Positions 1 through 11,598 of a stretch of 64,000 bases of DNA are shown here, piece by piece. Every line of letters begins with the position of its first letter. Position 1 is the stretch's first letter. The DNA lies in the NCBI GenBank assembly GCA_948442365.1, contig CAOJRU010000001.1, positions 45,244-109,243 of the forward strand, written 5' to 3'. The notes below the pieces were generated by a model. That model saw only the letters and a list, made by a program, of their open reading frames with translations, did no database searches and was not told the DNA's origin. The position numbers and the translations under genes were made by a program. This DNA is from an uncultured Clostridium sp. GTDB lineage: Bacteria > Bacillota > Clostridia > TANB77 > CAG-508.

Positions 1-157
1 GAATATTAAATCTTGTTTACAATTTAGTGACAGTAAAACAAGCAATAAGATTTTAAAAATGTCGAAATTTGTCTATGGATTTTTCTTGACATATTAGTTC
101 TAGCTATGTATAATAGTAACACAATCGGTTGTAATAAAAATAGAAAGGAGGAAATGT

Positions 158-586
158 ATGGATACAGAAATGAAAAATGAAATACTTGCTGCTATTGAAA
201 ATGTAAATAAAAAAGTAGATAAAATACAAGAAGAAGTAGCAAAAATTCCAGAGATGCAAGAAGATATAGCAGAATTAAAAACAGATGTATCAGAGCTAAA
301 AACAGATGTATCGGAGCTAAAAAATAAAACCTTAGAAATGGAAACTGATATATCAGAACTCAAGTATAAATCATCAAAAATGCAAATAGATATTAGAAAC
401 ATTAGTAGAAGTGTTGCTGTCATTGAACAAGAACATGGAGACAAATTAAAGGCATTATTTGATGCATTTACAACAAATACAGAAGCAATCGAAGAACAAA
501 ACAATAGAATTAGCTTTTGTAAGCAAAAAATAGAAAATCATGATATGGAAATAGACACCTTAAAAACTAAAGTTCAAGGATTATAA
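158..586 (+). CDS. hypothetical coiled-coil protein with a tandem heptad repeat (ELKTDVS x2)
   Basis: ORF with SD aaaggagg upstream of the ATG. A 21-bp direct repeat lies at about 275-316. No family recognised. Confidence 0.5.
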   Translation: MDTEMKNEILAAIENVNKKVDKIQEEVAKIPEMQEDIAELKTDVSELKTDVSELKNKTLEMETDISELKYKSSKMQIDIRNISRSVAVIEQEHGDKLKALFDAFTTNTEAIEEQNNRISFCKQKIENHDMEIDTLKTKVQGL

Positions 587-587
587 A

Positions 588-630
588 AGCCTATTAGAAC
601 TTAGAAAAATATAATAAGTCCTAATAGGCT
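588..630. terminator. hairpin between convergent genes, likely the leuS terminator
   Basis: Perfect 10-bp stem, agcctattag (588-597) with ctaataggct (621-630). A T-run follows on the minus-strand side. Confidence 0.45.
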
Positions 631-635
631 AAAAA

Positions 636-3026
636 TTATTTCACAACAATATTGTAAATCTTATTTTTTACATAAATTTCTTTTACAATCATTTTATTTT
701 CTAATTTAGAATCAATTACTTGATGAACTTTTTGTTTTACAACAGATTCTTCTTCATCAGGAATAATTTGAATCGTTGCTTTTAATTTACCATTAAATTG
801 AATAGGTAAAGTTATTTCATTTGCTATTGTTTTTTCTTCATCATATTCAGGCCATTTTTGATAAGAAATGGTATCAGTATGCCCTAAAATATTCCAAAGT
901 TCTTCTGTAATATGAGGAGCTACTGGATTTAGCAATTTTAAAAAGTTTTCAGCATAAACCATAGGGAAGACATCTTCTTTATTTACTTGATTTATAAAAA
1001 TCATCATTTGTGAAATTGCTGTATTGAAGTTCATAGTTTCGTAATCATGAGTAACCTTTTTTATGGTATAATGATAAACTCTCTCAAGATTTGGATTGTT
1101 TTCTTCTTTAATTTTATTAGATTCTGTATATAATCGCCAAACCCTATCTAAGAATTTTTTAGAACCATCAATTCCGTTTGGATCCCATGGTTTAGCACTT
1201 TCAATAGGCCCCATAAACATTTCGTAAACTCTTAAGCTATCTGCTCCATATTGTTTTACCATATCATCAGGATTAATAACATTACCTTTTGACTTACTCA
1301 TTTTTTCACCATTGGTACCTAAAATCATACCCTGATGGCGAAGTTTAGCAAATGGCTCTTTGACAGGAACGACTCCTTTTTGGTATAAATATTGATTCCA
1401 AAATCTTGAATACAATAAATGTCCAACAGCATGTTCTGGACCACCAACATATAAATCAACAGGCAACCAGTATTCTAATAATTTTTTGTTTGCTAATTCA
1501 TCTTGATTTTTAGGGTCAATATATCTTAAGAAATACCAACTAGAACCAGCAGCACCTGGCATGGTACTGGTTTCACGTTTAGCAGGTTTGCTATTCCATT
1601 CCGTATTCACCCAATTAGATGCTTTATCTAAAGGAGAAGCACCTGCTTTAGATGGAGCATAATCTTCTAATTCTGGTAAAACTAGAGGTAAATCGGAATC
1701 GGCTAAGGATTTCATTTCATCATCTACATATACGATTGGAATAGGCTCTCCCCAATAACGTTGTCTTGCAAAAATCCACTCACGAAGTTTGTAGTTTACC
1801 TTTTTAGTACCAATTTTATTTTCTTCTAGCCAAGTAATCATTTTAGAAATAGCATCTTCTTTATTCAAACCATTTAAAAAGTCAGAATTAATATGTAATC
1901 CATCCTCTGTGAAAGCTTCTTTTGTAATATCTCCACCTTCTAGCACAGGAATAATAGTAAGACCAAATTTAGTAGCAAATTCATAATCTCTTTGGTCATG
2001 AGCAGGTACAGCCATAATACATCCTGTTCCATAAGTTGCTAAAACGTAATCAGAGATCCAAATAGGAATTTCTTTTCCGTTTACTGGATTGATTGCATAA
2101 CTACCTGTAAATACACCAGTTTTATCTTTGTTCAATTCCGTTCTTTCTAAATCAGATTTACTAGCAGCTAATTTTTTATATTCGTCAATAGCTTGTTTTT
2201 GTTCTGGGGTAGTAATTTGATTTACTAATTCTAATTCTGGTGCTAAAACACAATAGGTAGCACCAAATAGTGTGTCTGGTCTAGTAGTAAATACGGTAAA
2301 TGATAGCTTATCGTTATTGGCAACTTTAAAAGTTACTTCTGCACCTTCTGATTTACCAATCCAATTTCTTTGAATTTCTTTGGTAGATTCAGGCCAATCA
2401 ATTTCATCTAAACCGTCTAATAAAATATCAGCATATTGAGGAATATCTAATACCCATTGTTTCATATTCTTACGAACAACAGGGAAACCACCTCTTTCAC
2501 TTTTGCCGTTAATAACTTCGTCATTGGATAGAACGCAACCTAATTCTTCACACCAGTTAACAGGCATTTCGATTAATTTTGCAAGACCATCTTCATACAA
2601 TTGTTTAAAAATCCATTGTGTCCATTTATAATAGTCTGGATCACAAGTGGAAATTTCTTTATCCCAATCAAAGGAAAGTCCAAGCATTTTTAATTGCTTT
2701 TTAAAAGTGACAATATTGTTAGCAGTAAAACCAGCTGGATGATTCCCTGTTTTGATAGCATATTGTTCTGCTGGAAGACCAAAAGCATCCCATCCCATAG
2801 GATGTAAAACATTGTAGCCTTGCATTCTTTTCATTCTAGATAGGATATCAGTTGCGGTATAACCTTCTGGATGTCCTACATGAAGCCCTTGACCAGATGG
2901 GTAGGGAAACATATCTAAGGCATAGAATTTGGGCTTTGAAAAGTCCCATACATCGGTATAAAAGGTTTTATTTTTTTCCCAATAATCTTGCCATTTTTTT
3001 TCTATTTCATTAAATTTGTATTCCAT
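636..3026 (-). CDS. leuS: leucyl-tRNA synthetase
   Basis: 796 aa. Class I HIGH-type motif (HVGHPEGY) and KMSKSKGN. Collinear with bacterial LeuS throughout. Confidence 0.97.
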   Translation of the reverse strand: MEYKFNEIEKKWQDYWEKNKTFYTDVWDFSKPKFYALDMFPYPSGQGLHVGHPEGYTATDILSRMKRMQGYNVLHPMGWDAFGLPAEQYAIKTGNHPAGFTANNIVTFKKQLKMLGLSFDWDKEISTCDPDYYKWTQWIFKQLYEDGLAKLIEMPVNWCEELGCVLSNDEVINGKSERGGFPVVRKNMKQWVLDIPQYADILLDGLDEIDWPESTKEIQRNWIGKSEGAEVTFKVANNDKLSFTVFTTRPDTLFGATYCVLAPELELVNQITTPEQKQAIDEYKKLAASKSDLERTELNKDKTGVFTGSYAINPVNGKEIPIWISDYVLATYGTGCIMAVPAHDQRDYEFATKFGLTIIPVLEGGDITKEAFTEDGLHINSDFLNGLNKEDAISKMITWLEENKIGTKKVNYKLREWIFARQRYWGEPIPIVYVDDEMKSLADSDLPLVLPELEDYAPSKAGASPLDKASNWVNTEWNSKPAKRETSTMPGAAGSSWYFLRYIDPKNQDELANKKLLEYWLPVDLYVGGPEHAVGHLLYSRFWNQYLYQKGVVPVKEPFAKLRHQGMILGTNGEKMSKSKGNVINPDDMVKQYGADSLRVYEMFMGPIESAKPWDPNGIDGSKKFLDRVWRLYTESNKIKEENNPNLERVYHYTIKKVTHDYETMNFNTAISQMMIFINQVNKEDVFPMVYAENFLKLLNPVAPHITEELWNILGHTDTISYQKWPEYDEEKTIANEITLPIQFNGKLKATIQIIPDEEESVVKQKVHQVIDSKLENKMIVKEIYVKNKIYNIVVK

Positions 3027-3109
3027 AAAATGAAGCTCCTTTCATCTTTATTGTTTAGGAAAAATGGACGAAAAAGAGAATTTTTCCATTCTTGCTTATA
3101 ACTTTTCCT

Positions 3110-3138
3110 ATTATATAATAAAAATGCTAGTGTTTCAA
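3110..3138 (-). promoter_or_regulatory. sigma-A type promoter for leuS
   Basis: On the minus strand: TTGAAA, 17 nt, TATAAT. It sits about 80 nt upstream of the leuS ATG. Confidence 0.5.
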
Positions 3139-3155
3139 GGTTTTTCATTTAACTT

Positions 3156-3402
3156 CCGTTTTTTTCTAAAGGTTAGCCCCCACCTGTTGGCATAAAATAT
3201 GGTTATTTTTCATAAATTCTTCGGCTTCCTTCATAATTCAAGGAATTCTAATATAATTTTACGGGTCCTTTCCAAGACAAGCTTGAACACTTACCGTAAA
3301 ATGATTAAGAATTCCTAATCTTATTCCGGTCACATTCAGCCTTTATTCAAAATAACCATATTTTATGCCAACAGGTGGGGGCTAACCTTTAGAAAAAAAC
3401 GG
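3156..3402. repeat. 247-bp nested palindromic intergenic element (family E)
   Basis: Perfect 54-bp inverted arms, 3156-3209 and 3349-3402. An inner imperfect inverted repeat surrounds an asymmetric core at 3263-3295. The right half recurs at 47942-48045. Confidence 0.85.
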
Positions 3403-3466
3403 CTTAAATTTTGTATGCTTGAATTTAAAAAATAAAGATGATACAATGTGGAGGGTGAAAATAGAC

Positions 3467-4231
3467 ATGATAGATATACAAAAAGCAAAACAAGAGATAA
3501 AAAAATATGTCAGTAAATATGACATAGAAAATGAAAGAATTAGAGTAAAGATAGGTCATATTGAAAGAACAGCAAGCATAGCCAAACAAATAGCAAAAAG
3601 CATGAAGCTAGAGAAAGAAGACATTGAACTAGCAGAGTTAATTGGGTTATTACATGATATAGGAAGATTTGAACAAGTAAAACAATACAATACTTTTATA
3701 GACAAAGACAGTATAAATCATGGAGAATTAGGAGTACACATCTTATTTGAAGAAGGATTCATTTCTAATTTTATAGAAGATAGACAATATGATGAAACAA
3801 TAAGAAGAGCTATTTTAAATCATAATAGAAATAGAAAAGACGTAGAAACTACCAATAATAAAGAGTTACTACATTCTAAAATCATTAGAGATGCGGATAA
3901 AACAGATATCATATACATGTTAACATTTGAAGATAAAGAAACCGCATGGGGAAATGCTAATATGGAGCAACAAAAAATGACAGATGAGATTTATCGTGAA
4001 TTTATCGAAGAAAAATCAATTAATTACCATAAAAGAAAAACAGCAGTCGATATATTAGTAAGCCATTTTGCTTATGTATTTGATTTTAATGATAAACATG
4101 CTTTACAAATCATAAAAGAAAAAGGATATTATGATAAGATTTATAACAGATTTCATTTTGAGGACAAACAGACAGAAGAAAGAATGGAACAGATTTATCA
4201 AATTGTAAAAAAGTATTTAGAGAGGCAATAA
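3467..4231 (+). CDS. HD-domain phosphohydrolase
   Basis: HD motif LLHDIGRFEQ, plus further His/Asp-containing segments downstream (HNRNR, RDADKTD). ATG at 3467 is preferred because of the upstream ggaggg SD; the track ORF starts at 3419. Confidence 0.7.
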   Translation: MIDIQKAKQEIKKYVSKYDIENERIRVKIGHIERTASIAKQIAKSMKLEKEDIELAELIGLLHDIGRFEQVKQYNTFIDKDSINHGELGVHILFEEGFISNFIEDRQYDETIRRAILNHNRNRKDVETTNNKELLHSKIIRDADKTDIIYMLTFEDKETAWGNANMEQQKMTDEIYREFIEEKSINYHKRKTAVDILVSHFAYVFDFNDKHALQIIKEKGYYDKIYNRFHFEDKQTEERMEQIYQIVKKYLERQ

Positions 4232-4266
4232 TAAAATAGGAAACGAAGAAAGGAAACGAAGAAAGA

Positions 4267-6240
4267 TTGAGCAAAAAATTATTAATAACAGAAAAGCCAT
4301 CTGTTGCTATGGAATTTGCGAAAGCACTAAAAATAACAACCAATCGAAAAAATGGATATTTGGAATCAGAAAATTGGATTATTACCTGGTGTGTAGGTCA
4401 TTTAGTAACCATGAGTTATCCAGAAAAGTATGATGAAAAATTAAAATTATGGCGATTAGAAACGCTTCCCTTTATTCCAGAAGAATGGAAATATGAAATT
4501 ATTCCAGCCGTACAAAATCAATTTAACATTGTAAAAGAATTAATGCAAAGAGAAGACATTGAAGAGATTTATAATGCAGGAGACTCTGGGCGTGAAGGAG
4601 AATACATACAAAGATTAGTATTTATGATGGCAAAACCCAATCCAAAAGCTAAAATGAAAAGGGTTTGGATTGATTCCCAAACAGAAGAAGAAATAACAAG
4701 AGGGATTCGAGAAGCAAAAGATTTATCAGAATATGACAGCTTATCCGACAGTGCCTATTTAAGAGCCAAAGAAGATTATCTAATTGGTATCAATTTTTCT
4801 AGGTTATTGTCTATTATTTATGGAAGAAAACTAGCACAAAGTATTCATGAAGATAGAGCTTCTATATCAGTAGGTAGAGTGATGACCTGTGTATTAGGGA
4901 TGATTGTTCAAAGAGAAAGAGAGATTAGAAATTTTGTAAAAACAAAATACTATAAAATAGTAGGAGAATTCGGACAGGAAAATGCTTCTTTTAAGGCAGA
5001 ATGGAAGGTAAATGAGAAATCTAAGATGTATGAATCTAGCAAACTATATAATGAGACAGGCTTTAAAAAGGAAGAAGATGCCAAAGGGTTTATCACCAGT
5101 TTAACAGGAAAGCAAGCAACTATAACCGAATTAAAGAAATCAAAGCAAAAAGAAAATGCGCCACTTTTATTCAACTTGGCAGAAATTCAAAATGAATGTA
5201 CCAAAAGATTTAAAATTAAGCCAGATGAAACACTAGAAATTATACAAAATCTATATGAAAAAAAATTAGTAACTTATCCTAGAACCGATGCTAGGGTACT
5301 TTCAACAGCAGTAGCCAAAGAAATATCCAAAAATTTAAACGGTATAGCAAGAGGCTTTAAAGATGAGGAAATACAAACATACATTAAAAAAATGGTAGAT
5401 GAAAAATATGCTACGAATTTAATAAAAACAAAATATGTTAATGATAGTAAGATTACTGACCACTATGCTATTACACCGACAGGTCAAGGGTATGAAAATT
5501 ACAATCAATTACCAAACCTACAAAAGGAAATTTACAAAGTAATTGTAAAAAGATTTTTAGCCATTTTTTATCCACCAGCTGAATACAACAAAATACAAGT
5601 AACTGTAAACATCGAAGATGAGACTTTTTATTGTAGTGGGAAAGTATGTATTAAACAAGGATTCTTAGAAATATTGAAACCAAAATCCACAGAAAAAGAA
5701 AAAAGTGTGGAAACAGAAAATTCCGAGAATGATAAAAATAAAAAGGAAGAAAACAAGAAACAAGAAGATAATAATTTAGAGATTTTGAAAACCTTAAAAA
5801 AAGGACAAAAAATAGAAGTTAAAAACTTTGAGATAAAAGATGCGGAAACTTCTCCACCAACTAGATATAATTCAGGTTCTATCATTTTAGCGATGGAAAA
5901 TGCAGGAAAACTAATTGAAGAAGAGGAATTAAGAGAACAAATCAAAGGAGCCGGTATTGGTACCAGTGCAACGAGAGCAGAGATTATGAAAAAGCTAGAA
6001 AAGATTCAATATATTGAAATTAATGGGAAGACGCAAATTATTACACCAACAGATAAAGGAGAAAGAATTTATGATATTGTGTTTCGTTCTATGCCAGATA
6101 TGCTAAATCCTAAATTGACAGCTAGCTGGGAGAAAGGATTAGATATGGTGGCTAAAAAGGAAATTAAACCAGAGGAATTTATGGTAAAATTAAAAAATTA
6201 TATTCATACTAAATTTGATAAATTAGTGGTAAAAATGTAA
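4267..6240 (+). CDS. topB: DNA topoisomerase III (type IA)
   Basis: N-terminal Toprim LLITEKPSVA...WCVGHL. The N-terminus is collinear with the Bacillus TopB N-terminus as recalled from memory. 657 aa. Confidence 0.85.
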   Translation: MSKKLLITEKPSVAMEFAKALKITTNRKNGYLESENWIITWCVGHLVTMSYPEKYDEKLKLWRLETLPFIPEEWKYEIIPAVQNQFNIVKELMQREDIEEIYNAGDSGREGEYIQRLVFMMAKPNPKAKMKRVWIDSQTEEEITRGIREAKDLSEYDSLSDSAYLRAKEDYLIGINFSRLLSIIYGRKLAQSIHEDRASISVGRVMTCVLGMIVQREREIRNFVKTKYYKIVGEFGQENASFKAEWKVNEKSKMYESSKLYNETGFKKEEDAKGFITSLTGKQATITELKKSKQKENAPLLFNLAEIQNECTKRFKIKPDETLEIIQNLYEKKLVTYPRTDARVLSTAVAKEISKNLNGIARGFKDEEIQTYIKKMVDEKYATNLIKTKYVNDSKITDHYAITPTGQGYENYNQLPNLQKEIYKVIVKRFLAIFYPPAEYNKIQVTVNIEDETFYCSGKVCIKQGFLEILKPKSTEKEKSVETENSENDKNKKEENKKQEDNNLEILKTLKKGQKIEVKNFEIKDAETSPPTRYNSGSIILAMENAGKLIEEEELREQIKGAGIGTSATRAEIMKKLEKIQYIEINGKTQIITPTDKGERIYDIVFRSMPDMLNPKLTASWEKGLDMVAKKEIKPEEFMVKLKNYIHTKFDKLVVKM

Positions 6241-6397
6241 ATAATTTTCCGCACAAAATGTAAAAAATCACATAGGATAACCGCCACTTGCAAAAGTCAA
6301 AACTTGAAGAAAACAAGCATTGATTTTGTAATAAAAATAGTTTAAAATAATAAAGGTAACAACGTACTAGAAATGTTTAGGAGGTTGGGTTGGTTAT

Positions 6398-6748
6398 ATG
6401 GAAAGTAAAATCATTTATCAAAAGATACGGGAGAAAGGAGAGGCAATTAGGGAAATAGACGACATGTTTGTCAAAAAGATTGAAGAAGCTATAAAATTAA
6501 AAAAAGAGAGAGATGAGGAGACACAGTTTAGACAAGAACTAATTGTTGAGTTTGACATTGATGCTGGAAATGAATCAATAGAGCTAATAAAAGAAAGAAT
6601 AAAAATTTTAAAAGGCTTGAGAGAAATATCTGATAATAAATGTATAGAAGAACGAAGATATTTTTGTTATACAGATATTGAACTTAAAAGCAACCGAGTA
6701 ACCGTTAAACTTATTAAAGATTGGAGACAGGTATACCCTGCACATTAA
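6398..6748 (+). CDS. hypothetical protein
   Basis: 116-aa ORF with aggagg upstream. No family recognised. Contains one in-frame CGG (6428-6430). Confidence 0.4.
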   Translation: MESKIIYQKIREKGEAIREIDDMFVKKIEEAIKLKKERDEETQFRQELIVEFDIDAGNESIELIKERIKILKGLREISDNKCIEERRYFCYTDIELKSNRVTVKLIKDWRQVYPAH

Positions 6749-6759
6749 TCTTTGATACA

Positions 6760-6807
6760 AAAAGCAGAAGTTGGCTCTTGTTTTTTTAAGAGCCCACTTT
6801 TGCTTTT
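6760..6807. terminator. bidirectional rho-independent terminator
   Basis: Stem of about 20 bp, aaaagcagaagttggctctt with aagagcccacttttgctttt. T-rich loop and tail. Lies between convergent genes. Confidence 0.7.
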
Positions 6808-6874
6808 TGTAAGTGTGTGAGCTAGGAGATAATAGCGATGCAGAAAATATATAGGCCATCTCATTTGATAGTTT

Positions 6875-7786
6875 TTAAACAATGGTACCACCATTCACAT
6901 GAATGATTTGGCCAGTAACATATCTGGAATCATCACTAGCCAAATACAAATAAGCGGGAGCGACTTCAAAAGGTTGCCCAGCACGTTTTAGAGGAGTATC
7001 AGTACCAAAAACTTCAACTTCATTTTCTGAAAAAGAAGCAGGAATAAGAGGCGTCCAAATAGGTCCAGGAGCTACGGCATTAACTCTTATTTTTTGATCG
7101 GCTAAAGATAGGGCAAGTGATTTTGTAAATACAGAAATAGCACCTTTGGTACTAGAATAGTCAATTAAATTCTTTTTTCCTTCATAGGCAGTGACCGAAG
7201 TGGTATTAATAATACTACTATTTACTTTTAAATAAGGTAAAACAGCTTTTGTTAGATAAAAAAAGGAAAAAATATTAGTTTCAAAAGTAGTACGTAGTTG
7301 TTCAGCACTAATATCTAAAATACTATTTTGAGGAAATTGAACCCCACAATTATTGATAAGAATATCTATTTTCCCAAAAGTTTGTAATGCATTTTGAACA
7401 ATATAATCAGAAAGTCGTTCATCTCTTAAATCACCAGGAATTAAAAGACAACGGCGGCCATAACTTTCTACTAATTGTTTGGTATCATCAGCATCTTCTT
7501 GTTCATTTAAATAACTAATAACAATATTTGCGCCTTCTTTGGCAAATAAAACAGAAATAGCTCTACCAATTCCACTATCACCACCAGAAATGATAGCTAC
7601 TTTATCTTGTAATTTACCACTAGGAATGTAATTAGGATTATCAAAAATAGGAAGAGGGTTCATGACGTATTCTAAGCCAGGTTGAACATTTTGATGCTGT
7701 TTAGGAAAAGTAAGTGGTGTTTTTAAGTTTTGGTCTTTAAAGCCAATATATGGATATTCAGGATAATTAGAATAAATAAAAATCAT
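6875..7786 (-). CDS. SDR-family oxidoreductase (YdaD/YhxC general-stress-protein-39-like)
   Basis: Rossmann motif KVAIISGGDSGIGRA, catalytic YSSTKGA, C-terminal IHVNGG. Collinear with B. subtilis YdaD. The start codon is uncertain because the SD abuts the annotated ATG. Confidence 0.85.
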   Translation of the reverse strand: MIFIYSNYPEYPYIGFKDQNLKTPLTFPKQHQNVQPGLEYVMNPLPIFDNPNYIPSGKLQDKVAIISGGDSGIGRAISVLFAKEGANIVISYLNEQEDADDTKQLVESYGRRCLLIPGDLRDERLSDYIVQNALQTFGKIDILINNCGVQFPQNSILDISAEQLRTTFETNIFSFFYLTKAVLPYLKVNSSIINTTSVTAYEGKKNLIDYSSTKGAISVFTKSLALSLADQKIRVNAVAPGPIWTPLIPASFSENEVEVFGTDTPLKRAGQPFEVAPAYLYLASDDSRYVTGQIIHVNGGTIV

Positions 7787-7970
7787 CTCCTTAAAAATAA
7801 ATCTTTTCTATAGTATATAAAAATAGGATGAAATTTATGCGAAGAGATGGTTAAGGTTCTACTATATTACTATATAATTATAGGAACACGAACTAAAAAA
7901 ATAAAACTTATATCCTATAAGTACTTTTTTTTTAGCATAAAATATAGTATAATAATGAAAAATTATTAAA

Positions 7971-8097
7971 AGTTGCAAAAGGTTGCCAATGGTTCTGGGT
8001 TTAAATGGCAACTTTAATCACGGTTATTATTTAGTAAAATAAAATTAGCCTAAAAGTTGCCATTTAAACCCAGAATCATTGGTAACCTTTTACAACT
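7971..8097. repeat. 127-bp palindromic intergenic element (family B)
   Basis: 45-bp arms at 7971-8015 and 8053-8097 with 3 mismatches. Shares the core ccaatggttcYgggtttaaatg with 61813-61936. Confidence 0.85.
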
Positions 8098-8108
8098 AGG
8101 AGAAAGAG

Positions 8109-11100
8109 ATGAATACAATATTAGGAGAACTTGGTAAATCATCAAAATTTATAGATTTACTAAAGCAAATCGAAGATAAAACAAGTCCGATAGCAATATC
8201 GGGCTTAACTGACATGGGAATGATACAAATGGTAACAGCCATTCATGAATTTGGTAAAAAACCAATATGCCTTGTTACCTATAACGAGATTCAAGCAAAA
8301 AGACTATATGAAGATTTAAAATATTTTACAGATAATGTGGTATTATTTCCTAAAAAAGAAATTGTAACGTATGATTATATCGCAGAAAGTAAAGAGATTT
8401 CTTATCAAAGAATTGAAGCATTAAATCAAATTAAAACCAAAAAAAATTTAATGATTGTTACAACAACAGAAGCAATCATGCAGAAGTTACCTAGTAAAAA
8501 GTCACTATATCATAATGAACTAAATTTCAAAATAGGAGAAATTTATTCATTAGAAGAAATTAAGAAAAAGTTAATACAATTAGGCTATGTAAGGTATGAT
8601 TTAATCGAGGGAAGAGGACAATTTAGCATTAGAGGTGGAATTGTAGATATTGCAACCAATGAGAACACAGGTATTAGAATTGAGTTTTGGGGCGATGAAG
8701 TAGATTCGATTCGAAGTTTTAATATCACAAGTCAAAGATCAATCCATACTTTAGACAAAGCCACGATTTATCCAGCTCATGAATATATTTTAGAAGATAG
8801 CATAGAAAACATTTGTAAAAAAATAAAGCAACTACAGACAGATAGCAAGCAAAAAGAAATTATAATAGAAGAAGATATTGAGCAAATTAAAGCAGGAAAC
8901 TATATCAGTAAAATAGATAAATATTTTGATTGTTTTTATGAAAAACAAGAAACGATACTGGAATATTTATCAAGTAATTATAGTATATTTTTAGACGAAA
9001 TTGGAAAGATAAAACAAAGAGCTACTAACATTTCAATTGATAATCAAAATTTAATAAAAGCATTAGTGGAAAAAGAAAAAATGATACCAGAAGCAATTAC
9101 TAATTTGTTAAGGTATGAGGAAATAGAAGAAAAATTCGAAAACAATCCAATTATTTATATGGAAAAACAAGATGTAGAAAATAAACAAGCTAATCAAAAA
9201 TATAAATTTGCATACAGAGAAGTCAATTACTATAAAAGTGAAATTGAAAACTTAATGGAAGATTTGCAAAAAGGCATTCAGGAAAAGAAAAAAATCTATA
9301 TGTTGGTATCTACCAAAGAAAAAGCAAAAAAATTACAAAGCCTATTAAATGAAAAAGAAATTTTTAATAAAATAGAAGAAAAACTAAATCAAACAATTAT
9401 CGTAAAATCAAATGAATCTATTGTAACCATTACCATTGGAAAACTATCATCAGGATGGGAAGCTTATGATTTAAACCAATTAGTGATTGTTGCCGATGAT
9501 TTAATGGATGGAGAAAAAAGAAGAAAGCGCATCATAAATAATGATTTTAGGGAAGGCGAGAGAGTTGTATTTGCCGATTTAAAAATAGGTGATTATGTTG
9601 TTCACAAAAGATATGGAATAGGAATTTATATAGGAGTTAATACTATAAAAGCAGATGGAACGATTAAAGACTATATCAAAATAAAATATAAAAATGATGA
9701 TATACTTTATATTCCAACCAATGATTTAGATTCTATTCGAAAATACATTGGTGGTGATGCCATTCAGCCTAAAATCAATCGTTTAGGAAGTAAAGAATGG
9801 GAAAATACGAAAACAAAAGTAAAAAATAATTTACGAGAAGTAGCCAAAGAATTAATTGAATTATATGCCAAAAGAGAAAAAATGCAAGGTTTTAGTTATA
9901 GTAAAGACACCCTATGGCAAAACGAATTTGAAGCCAAATTTCCATTTCAAGAAACAGAAGATCAATTACGTTGTATTGAAGAAGTAAAAAAAGACATGGA
10001 AATGACAAAACCAATGGATAGATTACTATGTGGAGATGTAGGGTATGGAAAAACAGAAGTAGCACTAAGAGCAGCCTTTAAAGCGGTAATGGATCAAAAA
10101 CAAGTAGCCTATTTAGCACCAACAACAGTATTAGCAGAGCAGCAGTATCAAGAATTCAAAGAAAGAGTAAAAGATTTCCCAATTCAAGTAGAAATATTAA
10201 ACCGATTTAAGAGCAAAAAATACCAAGAAGAAGTAATAAGAAAACTTAAATTAGGAGAAGTGGATATAGTAATTGGAACCCATAGAGTTTTAAGCAAAGA
10301 CGTAGAATTTAAAGATTTGGGATTATTAATCATAGATGAAGAACATAGATTTGGCGTAAAAGATAAAGAAAAGATCAAACAGCTAAAAACAAATGTAGAT
10401 GTCTTAACAATGACAGCAACCCCAATACCAAGAACCATGCATATGTCAATTGTAGGAATTCGAGACATGTCAGTTATTTATGAACCGCCACATAATCGAA
10501 GACCAGTTCAAACTTATGTATTAGAATATGACGAAGAAGTAATCAAAGAAGCAATTACGAAAGAATTAGAAAGAAATGGTCAAATATTTTATTTATTCAA
10601 TAACGTAGAAGGAATTCAAAAGAAAGCAGATGACATAGCAAGATTAGTACCAGAAGCCAATGTAGTTTATGCACATGGAAAAATGACAGGAACTAAAATA
10701 GAAGAAATTATGAGAGAATTTATAGAAGGAAAAACCAATGTATTGGTATGTACCACTATATTAGAATCTGGAATAGACATTCCCAATGCCAATACAATAA
10801 TTGTAGAAAATGCTGATAGAATGGGACTAGCACAATTGTACCAAATACGAGGAAGAGTAGGAAGGGCTGATCGACAGGCCTATGCCTACATCACCTACAA
10901 AAAAGATAAACTATTATCAGAAGTAGCAGACAAAAGATTAAAAGCCATCAAGGAATTTACGGAATTTGGATCTGGATTTAAAATTGCCATGAGAGATTTA
11001 GAAATTAGAGGGGCAGGAAGTTTACTTCGGAGAAATACAATCAGGTCACTTAGAGCAAGTAGGATATGATACCTATTGTAATCTATTAGACGAAGTAGTA

Positions 11101-11598
11101 AAAGAAATGAAAGGAATCAAGATAGAACCAGAACTAGACCTTCAAATTGACTTAAACGTAACCAGTTATATACCAGATGAATACATACCAGATGCTAACC
11201 AAAAAATAGAAATATACCAAAACATTGCACTATGTCATAATGAGCAACACATCCAAAACGTAATAGACGAAATCATAGATCGTTTTGGAAACATGCCAGA
11301 AGAACTAGAAAATCTAATTGCCATAGCCAGAATAAAATACCTAGCCAAAGCTCTAAATATTAGTAAAATAGCAAGCAAAAAAACAGCAGTGGTATTCACT
11401 TTTGAGCCAAACAAATTTGAACTAGACTTAAATAAATTAGTCAAAAAATATGGCAATAAAATAAAATTCTCAGCTGGCATAAAATCTGCTGTAACACTAC
11501 AAATAGGAAGCAATAACGAAAGGCAAATTTTAAATGACGTAACAGAATTTTTGGTAGTGTGTTCTGGGATGGTGTGTTCTGGGACAGGCACAGTTTAA
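8109..11598 (+). CDS. mfd: transcription-repair coupling factor Mfd, needing a +1 shift at the CGG at 11028
   Basis: Track ORFs 8109-11069 and 11107-11598 join seamlessly as EIRGAGSLL|GEIQSGHLEQVGYDTYCNLL when C11028 is skipped. Helicase motifs GDVGYGKTE and DEEHRFG are present. The total of about 1162 aa is a typical Mfd length. Confidence 0.9.
11028..11031 (+). other. frame-break site CGGA in mfd: in-frame CGG, with +1 GGA encoding the conserved Gly
   Basis: Context tta ctt C gga gaa. (11028-8109) is divisible by 3, and (11107-11029) is divisible by 3. Confidence 0.85.

Noticed and set aside
100-504. Long antisense ORFs in the track. Examples are 100-504, 18540-19025, 24575-25021, 28638-29090, 29326-29778, 45120-45515 and 58870-59310, along with many 60-120 aa ORFs.
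   Set aside because: They lie opposite strongly conserved genes, have low-complexity Ser/Phe/Leu/Ile-rich translations typical of AT-rich shadow frames, and lack an SD.
3027-3420. T-box riboswitch expected upstream of leuS.
   Set aside because: The predicted promoter leaves a leader of only about 80 nt. I found no AGGGTGGNACCGCG-type T-box sequence. The nearest look-alike (caggtgggggctaacc) belongs to the perfect inverted repeat.
11107-11598. Treating the second halves of split genes as independent genes (11107-11598, 16104-16487, 18517-21966, 35155-35469, 36097-36642).
   Set aside because: Each continues the homology of the upstream ORF exactly at a CGG site, and they lack their own SD or start context. 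They are annotated as single interrupted genes.
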